A DNA stretch of 64,000 nucleotides from Thermodesulfobacteriota bacterium (lineage in GTDB: Bacteria; Desulfobacterota_D; UBA1144; Nemesobacterales; Nemesobacteraceae): assembly GCA_965197885.1 (NCBI GenBank), contig OZ240231.1, positions 845,501 through 909,500 on the forward strand, written 5' to 3'. Made by a program: the position numbers and the translations under genes. Below the pieces are notes generated by a model. That model searched no databases, had not been told where the DNA came from, and saw only the letters and a list, made by a program, of their open reading frames with translations. Within the stretch, counting starts at the first letter, position 1. Each line of letters begins with the position of its first letter. Positions 32,321 to 41,665 of this stretch are shown in pieces.

Positions 32321-32485
32321 AGACGCAAGTCCTCCCTGCGCACAGCAGTCTTACAGTTACACATCTAAAATCAACAACAGCTCAGAGAAAAACTCCCAGA
32401 CGGAAAAGCGCTTCAAACTGAACCCTCCACCACCGTTCCCCTCCGCTGCCAGCTCTTTGACAACGTAGGCTTTGCAATTATTATC

Positions 32486-33175
32486 TTGACGTATTTCCAG
32501 CGGAGCGAAACCCACATGGATATGGATCTTGAAAAACTCAAGTTTAACGACGAAGGTCTTTTGCCCGTAATAGTGCAGGACAGCTCAAGCGGGCGGGTAC
32601 TCATGCTCGCATATGCGAACAAAGAAGCTCTTGAGATGACCGTCAAGACGGGAAGAACCCACTTCTGGAGCAGATCTAGAAAAAAGATCTGGAACAAGGG
32701 AGAAGAATCCGGCCATTTTCAGGACGTAAAGGAAATCTTCGTTGACTGCGACTGCGACACAGTGCTTATAACGGTGGATCAGACCGGGCTGGCTTGCCAC
32801 ACCGGAGAGCCGACATGTTTTTACAGATCAGGGGACATGGAAAAAAAAGCGGCCCCCGTATTTGAGAAAGGATCCCTTAAAAAGGTGTTTTCCGTAATAG
32901 AGGACAGGAAACAAAACCCCAAGGAAGGGTCCTACGTAAGCGGCCTTATGAAAGGCGGGCTTGACAGGATACTCAAGAAAATCGGAGAGGAAGCAGGCGA
33001 AGTCGTAATAGCCGCGAAAAACGGGGATAAGGACGAACTTGTATACGAGCTTACCGATTTATGGTTCCATTCCATGGTGCTTCTCTGCGAAGCGGGTCTT
33101 GACCCTCAGGACATATCAGATGAACTTGAGAAAAGATTCGGCAAGCGCAAAGAAGAATACGCGGGGAAAAAATAA
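32486..33175 (+). CDS. hisIE: bifunctional phosphoribosyl-AMP cyclohydrolase / phosphoribosyl-ATP pyrophosphatase (start may be the MDMDLEKL Met at ~32516)
   Basis: GLLPVIVQD...[21 protein letters not shown]...[27 protein letters not shown] (HisI), then C-terminal HisE ([12 protein letters not shown]). Confidence 0.9.
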   Translation: MTYFQRSETHMDMDLEKLKFNDEGLLPVIVQDSSSGRVLMLAYANKEALEMTVKTGRTHFWSRSRKKIWNKGEESGHFQDVKEIFVDCDCDTVLITVDQTGLACHTGEPTCFYRSGDMEKKAAPVFEKGSLKKVFSVIEDRKQNPKEGSYVSGLMKGGLDRILKKIGEEAGEVVIAAKNGDKDELVYELTDLWFHSMVLLCEAGLDPQDISDELEKRFGKRKEEYAGKK

Positions 33176-33232
33176 ACGTAATCAGGCGTGAGAAATCCGG
33201 CCGGTCGGAAGCGAATAATCGGACTCCGGCGG

Positions 33233-33733
33233 TTATCTCCTGCTCTTCGGAGGCCTGTTCTTTTTAGGCCTGTCTTTTTCCTCTATGTACTCCCCGATGT
33301 GAGTTCTGTTTCTAACCGAAGGCGGCAGGTGCGAGAGATTGGGCTTCGGCATATCGGTTGAGAGATCCTTCGTAAAAGCGAAAGTCGAGATTACTCTTTC
33401 CACCTTCTTTTTCTCCCCGCAATAGCACCTTACCTTTTCTTCGTCCCCTTCTTCGTATATAAGCTCAGAGAACCTGTAGTTTCGCATGTTGAAGAGCGCA
33501 AGCAGGGTTCCGTCTTTAAGGTAGAAATCATTGAACATGGAATCTTTTCCCTTTCTTCCGTGCTTCGCGACTATTTCTTCACGCTCAAGGTCGACAACCT
33601 CTATGGCGTAGATATTGTCATATTTCTCGACAAGGCTTTTTACGGTCTCTTTGTCCCGTTTTCTCTCAAGAGTCTTTAGGGATTTTTCAACGTTGCCTCT
33701 GCACTTCGTGCATTCAAATTCATAGAGGGGCAT
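33233..33733 (-). CDS. hypothetical protein, split FmdB-like zinc ribbon with ~90-aa insert (paralog 1)
   Basis: 166 aa. N-terminus MPLYEFECTKC, then ...RCYCGEKKKVERVISTF 100 aa later. AGGAG lies 5 nt before the ATG. Confidence 0.6.
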   Translation of the reverse strand: MPLYEFECTKCRGNVEKSLKTLERKRDKETVKSLVEKYDNIYAIEVVDLEREEIVAKHGRKGKDSMFNDFYLKDGTLLALFNMRNYRFSELIYEEGDEEKVRCYCGEKKKVERVISTFAFTKDLSTDMPKPNLSHLPPSVRNRTHIGEYIEEKDRPKKNRPPKSRR

Positions 33734-33742
33734 TTTCGTCTC

Positions 33743-34246
33743 CTATCTGTTGAAATACTGGCTCAGGTGGTCCTGCCCGACCCAGTCACTTTCTCTCTCT
33801 TCATCCTTTTGCTGCTTGTATTCAAGATGCCATCTGAGCTCGTCTCCGGGACCCGGAGCCCTTTTGCTCTTGTCCTCGAATATAGCCTTGAAGGTGGAAA
33901 AAACCCTTCTCACCGCCCCGGAATCGTCGCAGAGAGGGCATTTGATTTCATCCTGGTCGTCATCTCCGTACACAAGGTGGTTGAAACGAAAACTCTTAAG
34001 CTCAAGGTAAAGCACCCTCTCGTCATCAAGCTTATAACGAAATCTCCTCGCACCGCTTATCCCCTTTTCCCCAAGCTCGAAAAATAGCTTTTTGTTCTTG
34101 TCACTTGTGACTTCGATGTAACAGAAATTGCGGTTTTGCTTGAAAACTTTCCTTGCGTTTGTCTTGGTAAGCTTGGCGACCAAGTTATCTATGTCCGTGT
34201 TGTAATTTTCCATACAACTGTCGCATTCATATTCATATAAGGGCAC
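33743..34246 (-). CDS. hypothetical protein, split FmdB-like zinc ribbon with insert (paralog 2; GTG start inferred)
   Basis: Homologous to the upstream paralog (VPLYEYECDSC ... IKCPLCDDSGAVRRVFSTF). The codon at the homologous start position is GTG, preceded by cGGAGGcccaac. This gives 167 aa, against the 194-aa ATG-started ORF. Confidence 0.55.
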   Translation of the reverse strand: MPLYEYECDSCMENYNTDIDNLVAKLTKTNARKVFKQNRNFCYIEVTSDKNKKLFFELGEKGISGARRFRYKLDDERVLYLELKSFRFNHLVYGDDDQDEIKCPLCDDSGAVRRVFSTFKAIFEDKSKRAPGPGDELRWHLEYKQQKDEERESDWVGQDHLSQYFNR

Positions 34247-34374
34247 GTTGGGCCTCCGAAAAAACTTTTGATCCAAAGCATTATAAACAATATAATTTGA
34301 GTTTAAAGCCCGGAAACTCCGAAGCATCTGAAATACCGCTGAAAGAGAATGATTTCCGATTCATAGTAAAGGGA

Positions 34375-35040
34375 ATGAAAAAAGCAGGGAAACAGAAAAC
34401 GCCGCGAGTGCGAAACGAAAAAAAGAACGCTTCTGTCGACGAAGACCTGAACTTTGTCGCGGTTGACGTGGAGACTGCGAATTCAAACGTCTCAAGCATT
34501 TGTCAGGTGGGCATCGCCGTGGTCAGATCCGCGAAAATCACAGACGTATGGACTCAACTCATAGATCCGGATGACTTTTTTGACCCATACAACACTGCCA
34601 TACACTCCATAGACCATAACATGGTAAGGGGCTGCCCACGGTTTGAGGAGATATGCGATAAAATCGCGGGATATCTCGGAGAAATCGTGGTAAGCCATAC
34701 TTTTTTTGACCGCAGGGCAATCTTAAAAGCATTTGGGGAGTGTGGGAAATCCCTGCGCTATGGAATCTGGATTGACAGCGCGCGAGTAGTACGACACGCC
34801 TGGCCGGATAAATACGCCCTTAGGGGCTACAATCTCGGGAACGTTGCCCATGATCTTGGTATCCGCTTTCGCCATCACGATGCGGGAGAAGACGCAAGAG
34901 TCGCAGCGGAAATCGTTCTGAGAGCGTGCGCGGATACTGCGCTTGGGATAAGCGGACTGCTGGACCTAGGCGTTGCACCGGAACCCGAAAAGCCTCGGGC
35001 AAAAACTAAATCTAACTCAGTCAGGCAAACCCGTAGATGA
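34375..35040 (+). CDS. DEDDh-family 3'-5' exonuclease (DnaQ-like domain protein)
   Basis: Exo I FVAVDVETAN, Exo II, Exo III HHDAGEDARVAAEI. Start taken at the internal Met with AAGGGA RBS; the longer ORF would overlap the divergent neighbour. Confidence 0.75.
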   Translation: MKKAGKQKTPRVRNEKKNASVDEDLNFVAVDVETANSNVSSICQVGIAVVRSAKITDVWTQLIDPDDFFDPYNTAIHSIDHNMVRGCPRFEEICDKIAGYLGEIVVSHTFFDRRAILKAFGECGKSLRYGIWIDSARVVRHAWPDKYALRGYNLGNVAHDLGIRFRHHDAGEDARVAAEIVLRACADTALGISGLLDLGVAPEPEKPRAKTKSNSVRQTRR

Positions 35041-35381
35041 TAAGCGAATCGAGCGGTTTCTCTCGCGCGCAATGTATCTACATGTCAAAAGCAGGTGCAA
35101 GTATTCGCTTAAACCATGATTAAAAATTGACCTCGCTTATTGAATGCTTTAGCAGGACATCCGTTTTCTCCAAGGTTTAAACCTTTATGTTTTAATCTCG
35201 TTAATGGTATTTTCTTAACTTAGAGAGAGACCAGTCAGTCTCATTTGCCTCCTACAAAAAGCCTTGACTTCACATGTTTTTCTTAATATTCTCGAAGTAA
35301 GATAGGTTCGTTTCTGGCTTGTAAAAACTGATAAGCTTGCATGTTCATTCTGCTTCAAACACAGGAGGTACGATAAAGGCC

Positions 35382-36614
35382 ATGCTAAAAGGTGATATTA
35401 CGAAAACCTTTGCACTAACAGGGATTTTTCTGTGCGTGCTGGTGGTTATATGCGTTTTTTCCGATGTGCGTACGGCCTCAGCCCACGGAAAGCACGCCAA
35501 TGCCAGTAAAGAAACAGTAACAGCCGACGGGGCAACGGAGAGCCGTGATGCCCTGCGAGAATTCGTATTGCACGCAAAGGCGCACTGGGAAGTCCCGGTT
35601 CCGGACGAACAAAGCTTTGATCTCTGGCAGAAGATACTGTACGAAGTACAACATAAAGGAGACTGGAAGTCCGGTTCCAAATACCTCATTCTAGTTGATA
35701 AACAAGGCAGATGTATAGCTCACGGATACTATGAATCAGCCCATGGCAGGGACCTAACCGTTCTGCGGGACGCAAAAGGAACCGATGTAGTGCAGAAGCT
35801 CATCGAAGTGGCCGAAAAGAACAAGGAGGGAGGGTTTGTTGATTACTACTGGAACCACCCCGGCGATCCGTCACACTATGAAATTTTACCCAAATCAAGC
35901 TATGCCGTTAATTACACAGTTGATGCGTTGGGAATTGAGCTTGTTCTGATTGGAGGCTTTCATCATGACGAGTTGATCCCATCCATGGGTGAAGTCCTAG
36001 GAGAATACGTACCAGAAGTAAAGGCCAGTTCCGTAAAAGACAGGACTACGCTTAAGAATTTCGTTGAAAAAACGGTTGAGTTTGTTAATCACGCGTATAA
36101 GGCTACGCGGGGCAATATGGACATAGCAGAACTGCTGAGAGTCAGCAGTGGCAAGGAAGCCTGGAAATACAATGAAATCTACCTCTTCGCCATTACAAAC
36201 CAAGGCCTTGTAGTGTTTAACGGCAACAATCCAAACTTCAGTCAGTCGTCCACTATAAATGTCGTAGACGAAAACGGAGTCAACATTGGAGAAAGAATCA
36301 TCAAAGTGGCAGAAAGCGGAGGAGGCTTTGTCCACTACCTCTGGGACAATCCGTTGGTAGAGGGAGACGAAATCACAGAAGTCAGCAAAGCAAAGGGAAC
36401 TTCTCTCAAGATAAGCTATGTAAAGCAAATAAGGCTCGGCGATGACACCTACATTCTCGGGTCGGGCATTTACCCGGCGGAAGACTCACAATACGCAACC
36501 GACATGAAAACCGAAAGTAAAGTTTTACGTGCAATCATTATTGGATGTCTAATTGTACTGCTCTCGCTCTGGGCAATCCGGTGGGGAATGGGTTCAAGCA
36601 AAAAGAAAGGATAA
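35382..36614 (+). CDS. secreted/membrane-anchored protein with two tandem sCache_2-like domains and a C-terminal TM segment, no output domain
   Basis: Start at MLKGDITKTFALTGIFLCVLVV (signal/TM), with AGGAGG 13 nt upstream. Two repeats of the pattern ...VDKQGRCIAHGY...GGFVDYYWNHP and ...NQGLVVFNGNNP...GGGFVHYLWDNP. C-terminal hydrophobic RAIIIGCLIVLLSLWAI. Confidence 0.6.
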   Translation: MLKGDITKTFALTGIFLCVLVVICVFSDVRTASAHGKHANASKETVTADGATESRDALREFVLHAKAHWEVPVPDEQSFDLWQKILYEVQHKGDWKSGSKYLILVDKQGRCIAHGYYESAHGRDLTVLRDAKGTDVVQKLIEVAEKNKEGGFVDYYWNHPGDPSHYEILPKSSYAVNYTVDALGIELVLIGGFHHDELIPSMGEVLGEYVPEVKASSVKDRTTLKNFVEKTVEFVNHAYKATRGNMDIAELLRVSSGKEAWKYNEIYLFAITNQGLVVFNGNNPNFSQSSTINVVDENGVNIGERIIKVAESGGGFVHYLWDNPLVEGDEITEVSKAKGTSLKISYVKQIRLGDDTYILGSGIYPAEDSQYATDMKTESKVLRAIIIGCLIVLLSLWAIRWGMGSSKKKG

Positions 36615-36647
36615 TATTTCAGATAGGAAATTTTTGGGGAAGGATGA

Positions 36648-37568
36648 ATGTCTGTAAATCTAATCGTCGCGGTTACAGATAACAATTGGTTTGAGCATCT
36701 GCGGCAGAGACCCTCCCTAACCGAAGTTAATTTCTGGAAACCATCGGCCAAGACGCGTTTCAGGGCATTGGAACCTGGTGAACTAATTCTCTTCAAACTC
36801 CATTCTCCATACAACTCCATAGCCGGCGGAGGCGTTTTCACCCGAGAGATTTTTATGCCGTGCAGTGTGGCCTGGGATGTGTTTGGTGAAGCCAACGGCA
36901 CCGCATCTCTCGATGAGTTGCGTTCCACAATCGCTAGATATCACAAGGTGGATCCGGTGAAACAAAATGATTTTCAGATAGGTTGCCGGATACTAACCCA
37001 GCCGTTTTTCCTGCCCGAGGATGAATGGATTCCTATTCCAGAAAGCTGGACTCCTAATATCGTAAGGTATAAAAGATATTCCACCGAGCAGTCTGAAGGT
37101 CTTAAACTCTGGAAAGCAGTAAGCAAACAATTGGGTGTTCTCCACCCCGATGAAAAAAACCCGGCGGAGCGATTCGGCAGACCATATCTGATTCAACCCC
37201 GCCTAGGTCAGGAAGCATTTCGACATGTCGTAATTGACGCCTATGGGCGTCGCTGTGCTGTCACGCAAGAGAGAACTCTTCCAGCTCTCGATGCGGCTCA
37301 TATTCGCCCTTACAGCGAGGGAGGAGAACATAAGGTATCAAACGGTCTTCTTCTGCGACGTGATATTCACAGCTTGTTTGATTCAGGCTACGTGACGGTA
37401 ACCACAGATCTTAGGTTTGAGGTTAGCAAGAAGATCAGGGAAGAATTTGAAAATGGACGTGACTATTACGAACTTCACGGCAACAAAGTCCACGTTCCAG
37501 AAAAATCCTTGTTCATTCCCGAGCAATCGATCCTTGAATGGCATAATGAAAACCGTTTTCTGGGTTAA
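36648..37568 (+). CDS. HNH_2-type endonuclease with N-terminal PUA-like/EVE-type domain (putative restriction-type nuclease)
   Basis: 306 aa. C-terminal AAHIRPYSEGGEHKVSNGLLLRRDIHSLFDSGYVTV matches the HNH_2 motif (AHIxP..NGLxL...H..FD.G). The 160-aa N-terminal domain is beta-rich. Confidence 0.65.
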   Translation: MSVNLIVAVTDNNWFEHLRQRPSLTEVNFWKPSAKTRFRALEPGELILFKLHSPYNSIAGGGVFTREIFMPCSVAWDVFGEANGTASLDELRSTIARYHKVDPVKQNDFQIGCRILTQPFFLPEDEWIPIPESWTPNIVRYKRYSTEQSEGLKLWKAVSKQLGVLHPDEKNPAERFGRPYLIQPRLGQEAFRHVVIDAYGRRCAVTQERTLPALDAAHIRPYSEGGEHKVSNGLLLRRDIHSLFDSGYVTVTTDLRFEVSKKIREEFENGRDYYELHGNKVHVPEKSLFIPEQSILEWHNENRFLG

Positions 37569-37670
37569 GTAATCACACAGAGCGCTTCTCATGACGAGGT
37601 GCAACGTTGAAACCATCTCGTCCAAAATCTGATCATACTCTGCGGTCTGCATGTTATACTTGATATCCTA

Positions 37671-38705
37671 ATGAAGGCAATGGTTCTAAGAGGTACGTAC
37701 GACCTGTCTGAAAACGATACTCCTCTTGAGTTGCTGGAATTCCCCACTCCAAAACCCGCTGAAGGAGAAGTACTTATACGCGTTTTGGCCTGCGGGGTCT
37801 GTCACACCGACATGGACGAGGTTGAAGGAAGAGTGGTGCCTCCGTCTTTTCCAATCGTTCCGGGACACCAAGTGGTGGGGATGGTTAAAGAACCCGGCTT
37901 GTGGGTAAGAGATTTCAACGTAGGCGACATGGTGGGAGTCGCGTGGATAGGAGGAGCCTGCGGAAAGTGTGCTTACTGCAGGAACGGAAGGGAAAATCTC
38001 TGCCGTGACTTCATTGCAACCGGTAGGGACAGAGACGGAGGTTTCGCCGAATTTATGGTCGCCGATGCAGGATTCATTCACCCTATACCTGAGGAAATGG
38101 ATCCGGTGAAAACGGCCCCTCTTCTATGTGCCGGAGCTATAGGCTACCGGTGCGTGAGGCTTTCCGGAATAACTGACGGAGACGCTGTAGGGCTCATGGG
38201 GTTCGGCGCTTCAGCGCATCTTGTGATAAAGCTACTTCGCCACTCATACCCCCTAAGCGAGGTGTTCGTATTCGCAAGAGGAGAAAGGGAAAGGCAATTC
38301 GCCGTGGAACTTGGAGCATCTTGGTCGGGTGGAATTGAAGAGCGCTCCCCCAAGCAACTCTCCGCTATTATTGACACTACGCCCGTATGGAAGCCGGTTC
38401 TGCACTCGCTTGAGAATCTTGTTCCCGGGGGAAAACTGGTCGTAAACGCCATAAGCAAGGAGGACTCAGATATCGACTCACTGCTGAGTCTCGATTATCA
38501 GTCGCACCTTTGGCTCGAAAAAGAGATAAAAAGCGTAGCGAACGTGACAAGGGAAAACGTAGCTGGCTTCCTTTCGATCGCATCCACTCTGGGGATAGAA
38601 GCCGAAGTCACCAAGTACGAACTTGAAGAGGCCAATAAGGCGCTTTTGGAGATCAGAAGGGGTGGAGGAAAAGGAGCCAAGGTTCTGAAAATAGCCGATC
38701 GGTAA
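37671..38705 (+). CDS. zinc-dependent alcohol dehydrogenase family protein (MDR superfamily)
   Basis: 344 aa. GVCHTDMDEVEG catalytic Zn site. Structural Zn Cys cluster CGKCAYCRNGRENLC. Rossmann GFGASAHLVI. Confidence 0.85.
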   Translation: MKAMVLRGTYDLSENDTPLELLEFPTPKPAEGEVLIRVLACGVCHTDMDEVEGRVVPPSFPIVPGHQVVGMVKEPGLWVRDFNVGDMVGVAWIGGACGKCAYCRNGRENLCRDFIATGRDRDGGFAEFMVADAGFIHPIPEEMDPVKTAPLLCAGAIGYRCVRLSGITDGDAVGLMGFGASAHLVIKLLRHSYPLSEVFVFARGERERQFAVELGASWSGGIEERSPKQLSAIIDTTPVWKPVLHSLENLVPGGKLVVNAISKEDSDIDSLLSLDYQSHLWLEKEIKSVANVTRENVAGFLSIASTLGIEAEVTKYELEEANKALLEIRRGGGKGAKVLKIADR

Positions 38706-38741
38706 ACTTTTCATGACCCGGCCTTAAAAAAAGAAATCGAA

Positions 38742-39215
38742 TCAGTCCGCATCCTTAAGCCATCTTGCCAGCGCCTTGTCCGGGTCGGTTATCTCTTCCA
38801 CGGAACCATACAAGTAAACCTCCCAGCCCTTTTCAGGCATGCCGGCAAACAGCATCAGGTTGAGCGGATAGACCTCGCTGTCGGTGCATCTGCGAAAGTC
38901 ATCCCGGAACAGAAATACGGGTTTGTCCCAAGCAATCGCCATTCCTAGCTCCACCATAACTCCTTCGTCCGGCGGACATCCATTGACAACTGCGAACAAT
39001 CCATCGGCCTCGCGTACGTCCCGAAGGTCCGACTGTCCAACCCTGTAGGCCCAACCGGCGGCCACCTTATCAACCTGATTATTCCGGGAAAACGGCTCCC
39101 ATACCTCGGCTCCCATTGATTCCAGAACCTCAACAAGAACCGCCAGGGGCCCTTCGCGCTGCTGCACGGAAAAGCCGTAGGGATTAGCCAGATACAGGGT
39201 TTTTCGTTTCGTCAT
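38742..39215 (-). CDS. nucleoside 2-deoxyribosyltransferase-like (NDT/Rcl-fold) protein
   Basis: 157 aa. YLANPYGFS and DEGVMVELGMAIAWDKPVFLF, typical of PF05014. Confidence 0.6.
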   Translation of the reverse strand: MTKRKTLYLANPYGFSVQQREGPLAVLVEVLESMGAEVWEPFSRNNQVDKVAAGWAYRVGQSDLRDVREADGLFAVVNGCPPDEGVMVELGMAIAWDKPVFLFRDDFRRCTDSEVYPLNLMLFAGMPEKGWEVYLYGSVEEITDPDKALARWLKDAD

Positions 39216-39298
39216 GTTAAAAAAGTGGTTCCGCCTGAGGGTCAGAACAATTCAGATCACATCCCGTGGTCGGCCAGAAACGCTTCAAGCATCAGTCA

Positions 39299-39850
39299 CT
39301 ATCCTCCGTCCGTTCCAGACCCACGGCGCCCGATCTTTTCAAGTCTCGCACGAAGTTCCACGCTGTCAAGCGAGTCGAACGGAAGGGGCAGAAACGCGGC
39401 GACACGCTCTTTGAGCAATTCGTAGGTTTTTTCAAAAACTTCGCGCTGTCCGGTTTCGGTTCCCCTAATACCTGCGGGGTCCGCAAGACCCCAGTGAGCC
39501 GTTACGGGGCCCCCAGGCCACACGGGACAGGGTTCACCCGCTGCGTTGTCGCACACCGTAATAACAAAATCCATTAATGGGGCGCCCGCCGCCTCAAACT
39601 CGTCCCAAGGCTTGGAACGCAGGTTCCCCGTGTCGTGCCCCCGGCTGAGCAGAAGCTCTAGAGCGCGGGGGTGAATTTCTCCCCGCGGATGACTCCCCGC
39701 GCTGTAGCCGACAAATCTTCTACCGCCATTGTGGTTCAAAATGGACTCGGCGATGATCGAACGGGCCGAGTTGCCTGTGCAAAGAAACAGCACCCTATAG
39801 ATCCGTTCACACGATGGCTGCTTTTTTTTCATGACTCTCCCCTTTGGCAA
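39299..39850 (-). CDS. arsC: arsenate reductase, LMW-PTP/thioredoxin-coupled type (start may be Met7)
   Basis: VLFLCTGNSARSIIAE CX5R P-loop. Downstream Cys pair VITVCDNAAGEPCP. Confidence 0.85.
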   Translation of the reverse strand: MPKGRVMKKKQPSCERIYRVLFLCTGNSARSIIAESILNHNGGRRFVGYSAGSHPRGEIHPRALELLLSRGHDTGNLRSKPWDEFEAAGAPLMDFVITVCDNAAGEPCPVWPGGPVTAHWGLADPAGIRGTETGQREVFEKTYELLKERVAAFLPLPFDSLDSVELRARLEKIGRRGSGTDGG

Positions 39851-39960
39851 TTATACCCCGATTACTTTTCTGCGAGCACGCTAAATGGTCGAGAAGACAG
39901 AATCTTTTAAAAACCTCGCCTCCGCTTAGACACCAAGTCCTTGTAATATATAATTTCTCC

Positions 39961-40746
39961 ATGACCGAAAACAAAGAAATTCTCGTAAAAATTGAAAATT
40001 CCGTATGCACCCTTACGCTTAATCGCCCCGAGAAAAGGAATTCTCTTACCCCAAAGACTCTCAAACTGTTAACAGAGAAATTTCTAAACCTGGGGAAAAT
40101 ATCCGAAATCAGATGTGTTGTAATAAGAGGAAGCGGTGATAGGGCCTTCTGCTCAGGATACGATATAGACTCAATATCTGACGAAGAGATTGCCATAGAA
40201 AACAACCATCCCCTCACCGAAGCCATGCAGTCCGTAAAGTCTTACCCTCTTCCCGTAATAGCAATGATAAACGGTCACGCTTTCGGGGCAGGGCTTGAAC
40301 TCGCGGTGAACTGCGATATAAGAGTGTGCGTTGCCGACGCAAAGCTCGCAATCCCGCCTGCAAAACTTGGAGTCACTTATCATTACGGCGGAATAAAGCA
40401 ATTTCTGAACTTGGTGGGTTCCGGGTTTACAAGGGAGCTTTTTTTAGCGGGAAACTCCGTTAACGCCGAAAAAGCCTTGGAAAAAGGGCTTGTCAACCAT
40501 GTTGTAAGAAGAGACGAGCTTGAAGAATTCACCTACGCGCTTGCCGAGGAAATAAGCGAAAACGCGCCGCTTTCCATGATATCGATGAAAAAGATGATAA
40601 ATATCTGGGAAGAGAAAAATCCGCTTTCAAGAGAAAATGAAGAACTTATAAAATCGCTTCTTGCCAAAGTAAGGGAAAGCAGCGACGCGAGAGAAGGAAA
40701 AAAAGCCTTTCTCGAGAAAAGAAAGCCCGTTTTCAAGGGAAAATAG
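39961..40746 (+). CDS. enoyl-CoA hydratase/isomerase (crotonase) family protein
   Basis: Start at MTENKEILVKIENSVCTLTLNRPEKRNSL. FCSGYDI...GHAFGAGLELAVNCDIRV oxyanion-hole motifs. Confidence 0.85.
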   Translation: MTENKEILVKIENSVCTLTLNRPEKRNSLTPKTLKLLTEKFLNLGKISEIRCVVIRGSGDRAFCSGYDIDSISDEEIAIENNHPLTEAMQSVKSYPLPVIAMINGHAFGAGLELAVNCDIRVCVADAKLAIPPAKLGVTYHYGGIKQFLNLVGSGFTRELFLAGNSVNAEKALEKGLVNHVVRRDELEEFTYALAEEISENAPLSMISMKKMINIWEEKNPLSRENEELIKSLLAKVRESSDAREGKKAFLEKRKPVFKGK

Positions 40747-40759
40747 AAGCTTTTATAAT

Positions 40760-41665
40760 TCAGTCTCCGTAACCGAATTCCTTTATCAGGAAATCACTCT
40801 GAGTCCAGTTCTCCTTAACCTTCACCCAAAGTTCCAGAAACAACTTTACTCCCAGGATTCTTTCAATTTCAACCCTGGCCTCAGAACCGATCTGCTTGAG
40901 CATCCCCCCGCCCTTCCCTATTAGAATTCCCTTGTGGCTTTTTCTCTCAACGTAGATTTCCGCGTTTATCCTTATCAGGTTTCGCTCCTTATCCTCGCTG
41001 AACCCCGAAACCACCACGGCAACCCTATAGGGGATTTCTTTCCGCGTAAGGTTGAATACCTTCTCCCTTATGAGTTCACTAACGTAAAAGATCTCGGGCT
41101 GATCCGTGAAAACATCATCGGGAAAATATTTCGGTCCCTCGGGCAGGTGTTTTTTTAGAAGTTGGGTGAGTTGCTCTACCCCATCGTTGTTAAGAGCTGA
41201 GATGGGGATTATTTCGAGGAACTTCTCAGAGAATCTCTCGGCAGCCGAAAGTACCGATAGGAGCTTTGATTTTTTTACCTTGTCGATTTTGTTTACGACA
41301 AACACAGAAGGTTTCCTGAGCATCTTCAGTATGGATTCGTCTGCTGCTCCGAAAGGTTTTTCCACGTCCGTAACAAACGCCACTAGGTCGGCATCCGACA
41401 GAGCACTGCTTACCGCTCGGGCCATGGATTTTCCAAGCCTGCTTTTTTCCCTGTAAACACCCGGGGTATCAAGAAAAACCAGTTGGGAATCATCAAAAGT
41501 CTTTACGCCCAAGATTCTGTTTCTGGTAGTGCTCGGCTTATCCGAAACGGCCGAGACTTTTTCTCCCACGATGGAATTTACAAGAGTGGACTTGCCGACG
41601 TTGGGCCGTCCTATAACGGAAATGAACCCGGATCTGAAACCCTCTTTTGAAGTTGTTTTGGACAT
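40760..41665 (-). CDS. era: GTPase Era
   Basis: 301 aa. GFISVIGRPNVGKSTLVN G1 motif. DTPG. C-terminal KH domain. Confidence 0.95.
   Translation of the reverse strand: MSKTTSKEGFRSGFISVIGRPNVGKSTLVNSIVGEKVSAVSDKPSTTRNRILGVKTFDDSQLVFLDTPGVYREKSRLGKSMARAVSSALSDADLVAFVTDVEKPFGAADESILKMLRKPSVFVVNKIDKVKKSKLLSVLSAAERFSEKFLEIIPISALNNDGVEQLTQLLKKHLPEGPKYFPDDVFTDQPEIFYVSELIREKVFNLTRKEIPYRVAVVVSGFSEDKERNLIRINAEIYVERKSHKGILIGKGGGMLKQIGSEARVEIERILGVKLFLELWVKVKENWTQSDFLIKEFGYGD

Noticed and set aside
39844-39960. N-terminal 39 codons of the 300-aa ORF preceding the enoyl-CoA hydratase
   Set aside because: The extension overlaps arsC on the opposite strand and is not crotonase-like. The internal MTENKEILVKIENSV is the homologous start.
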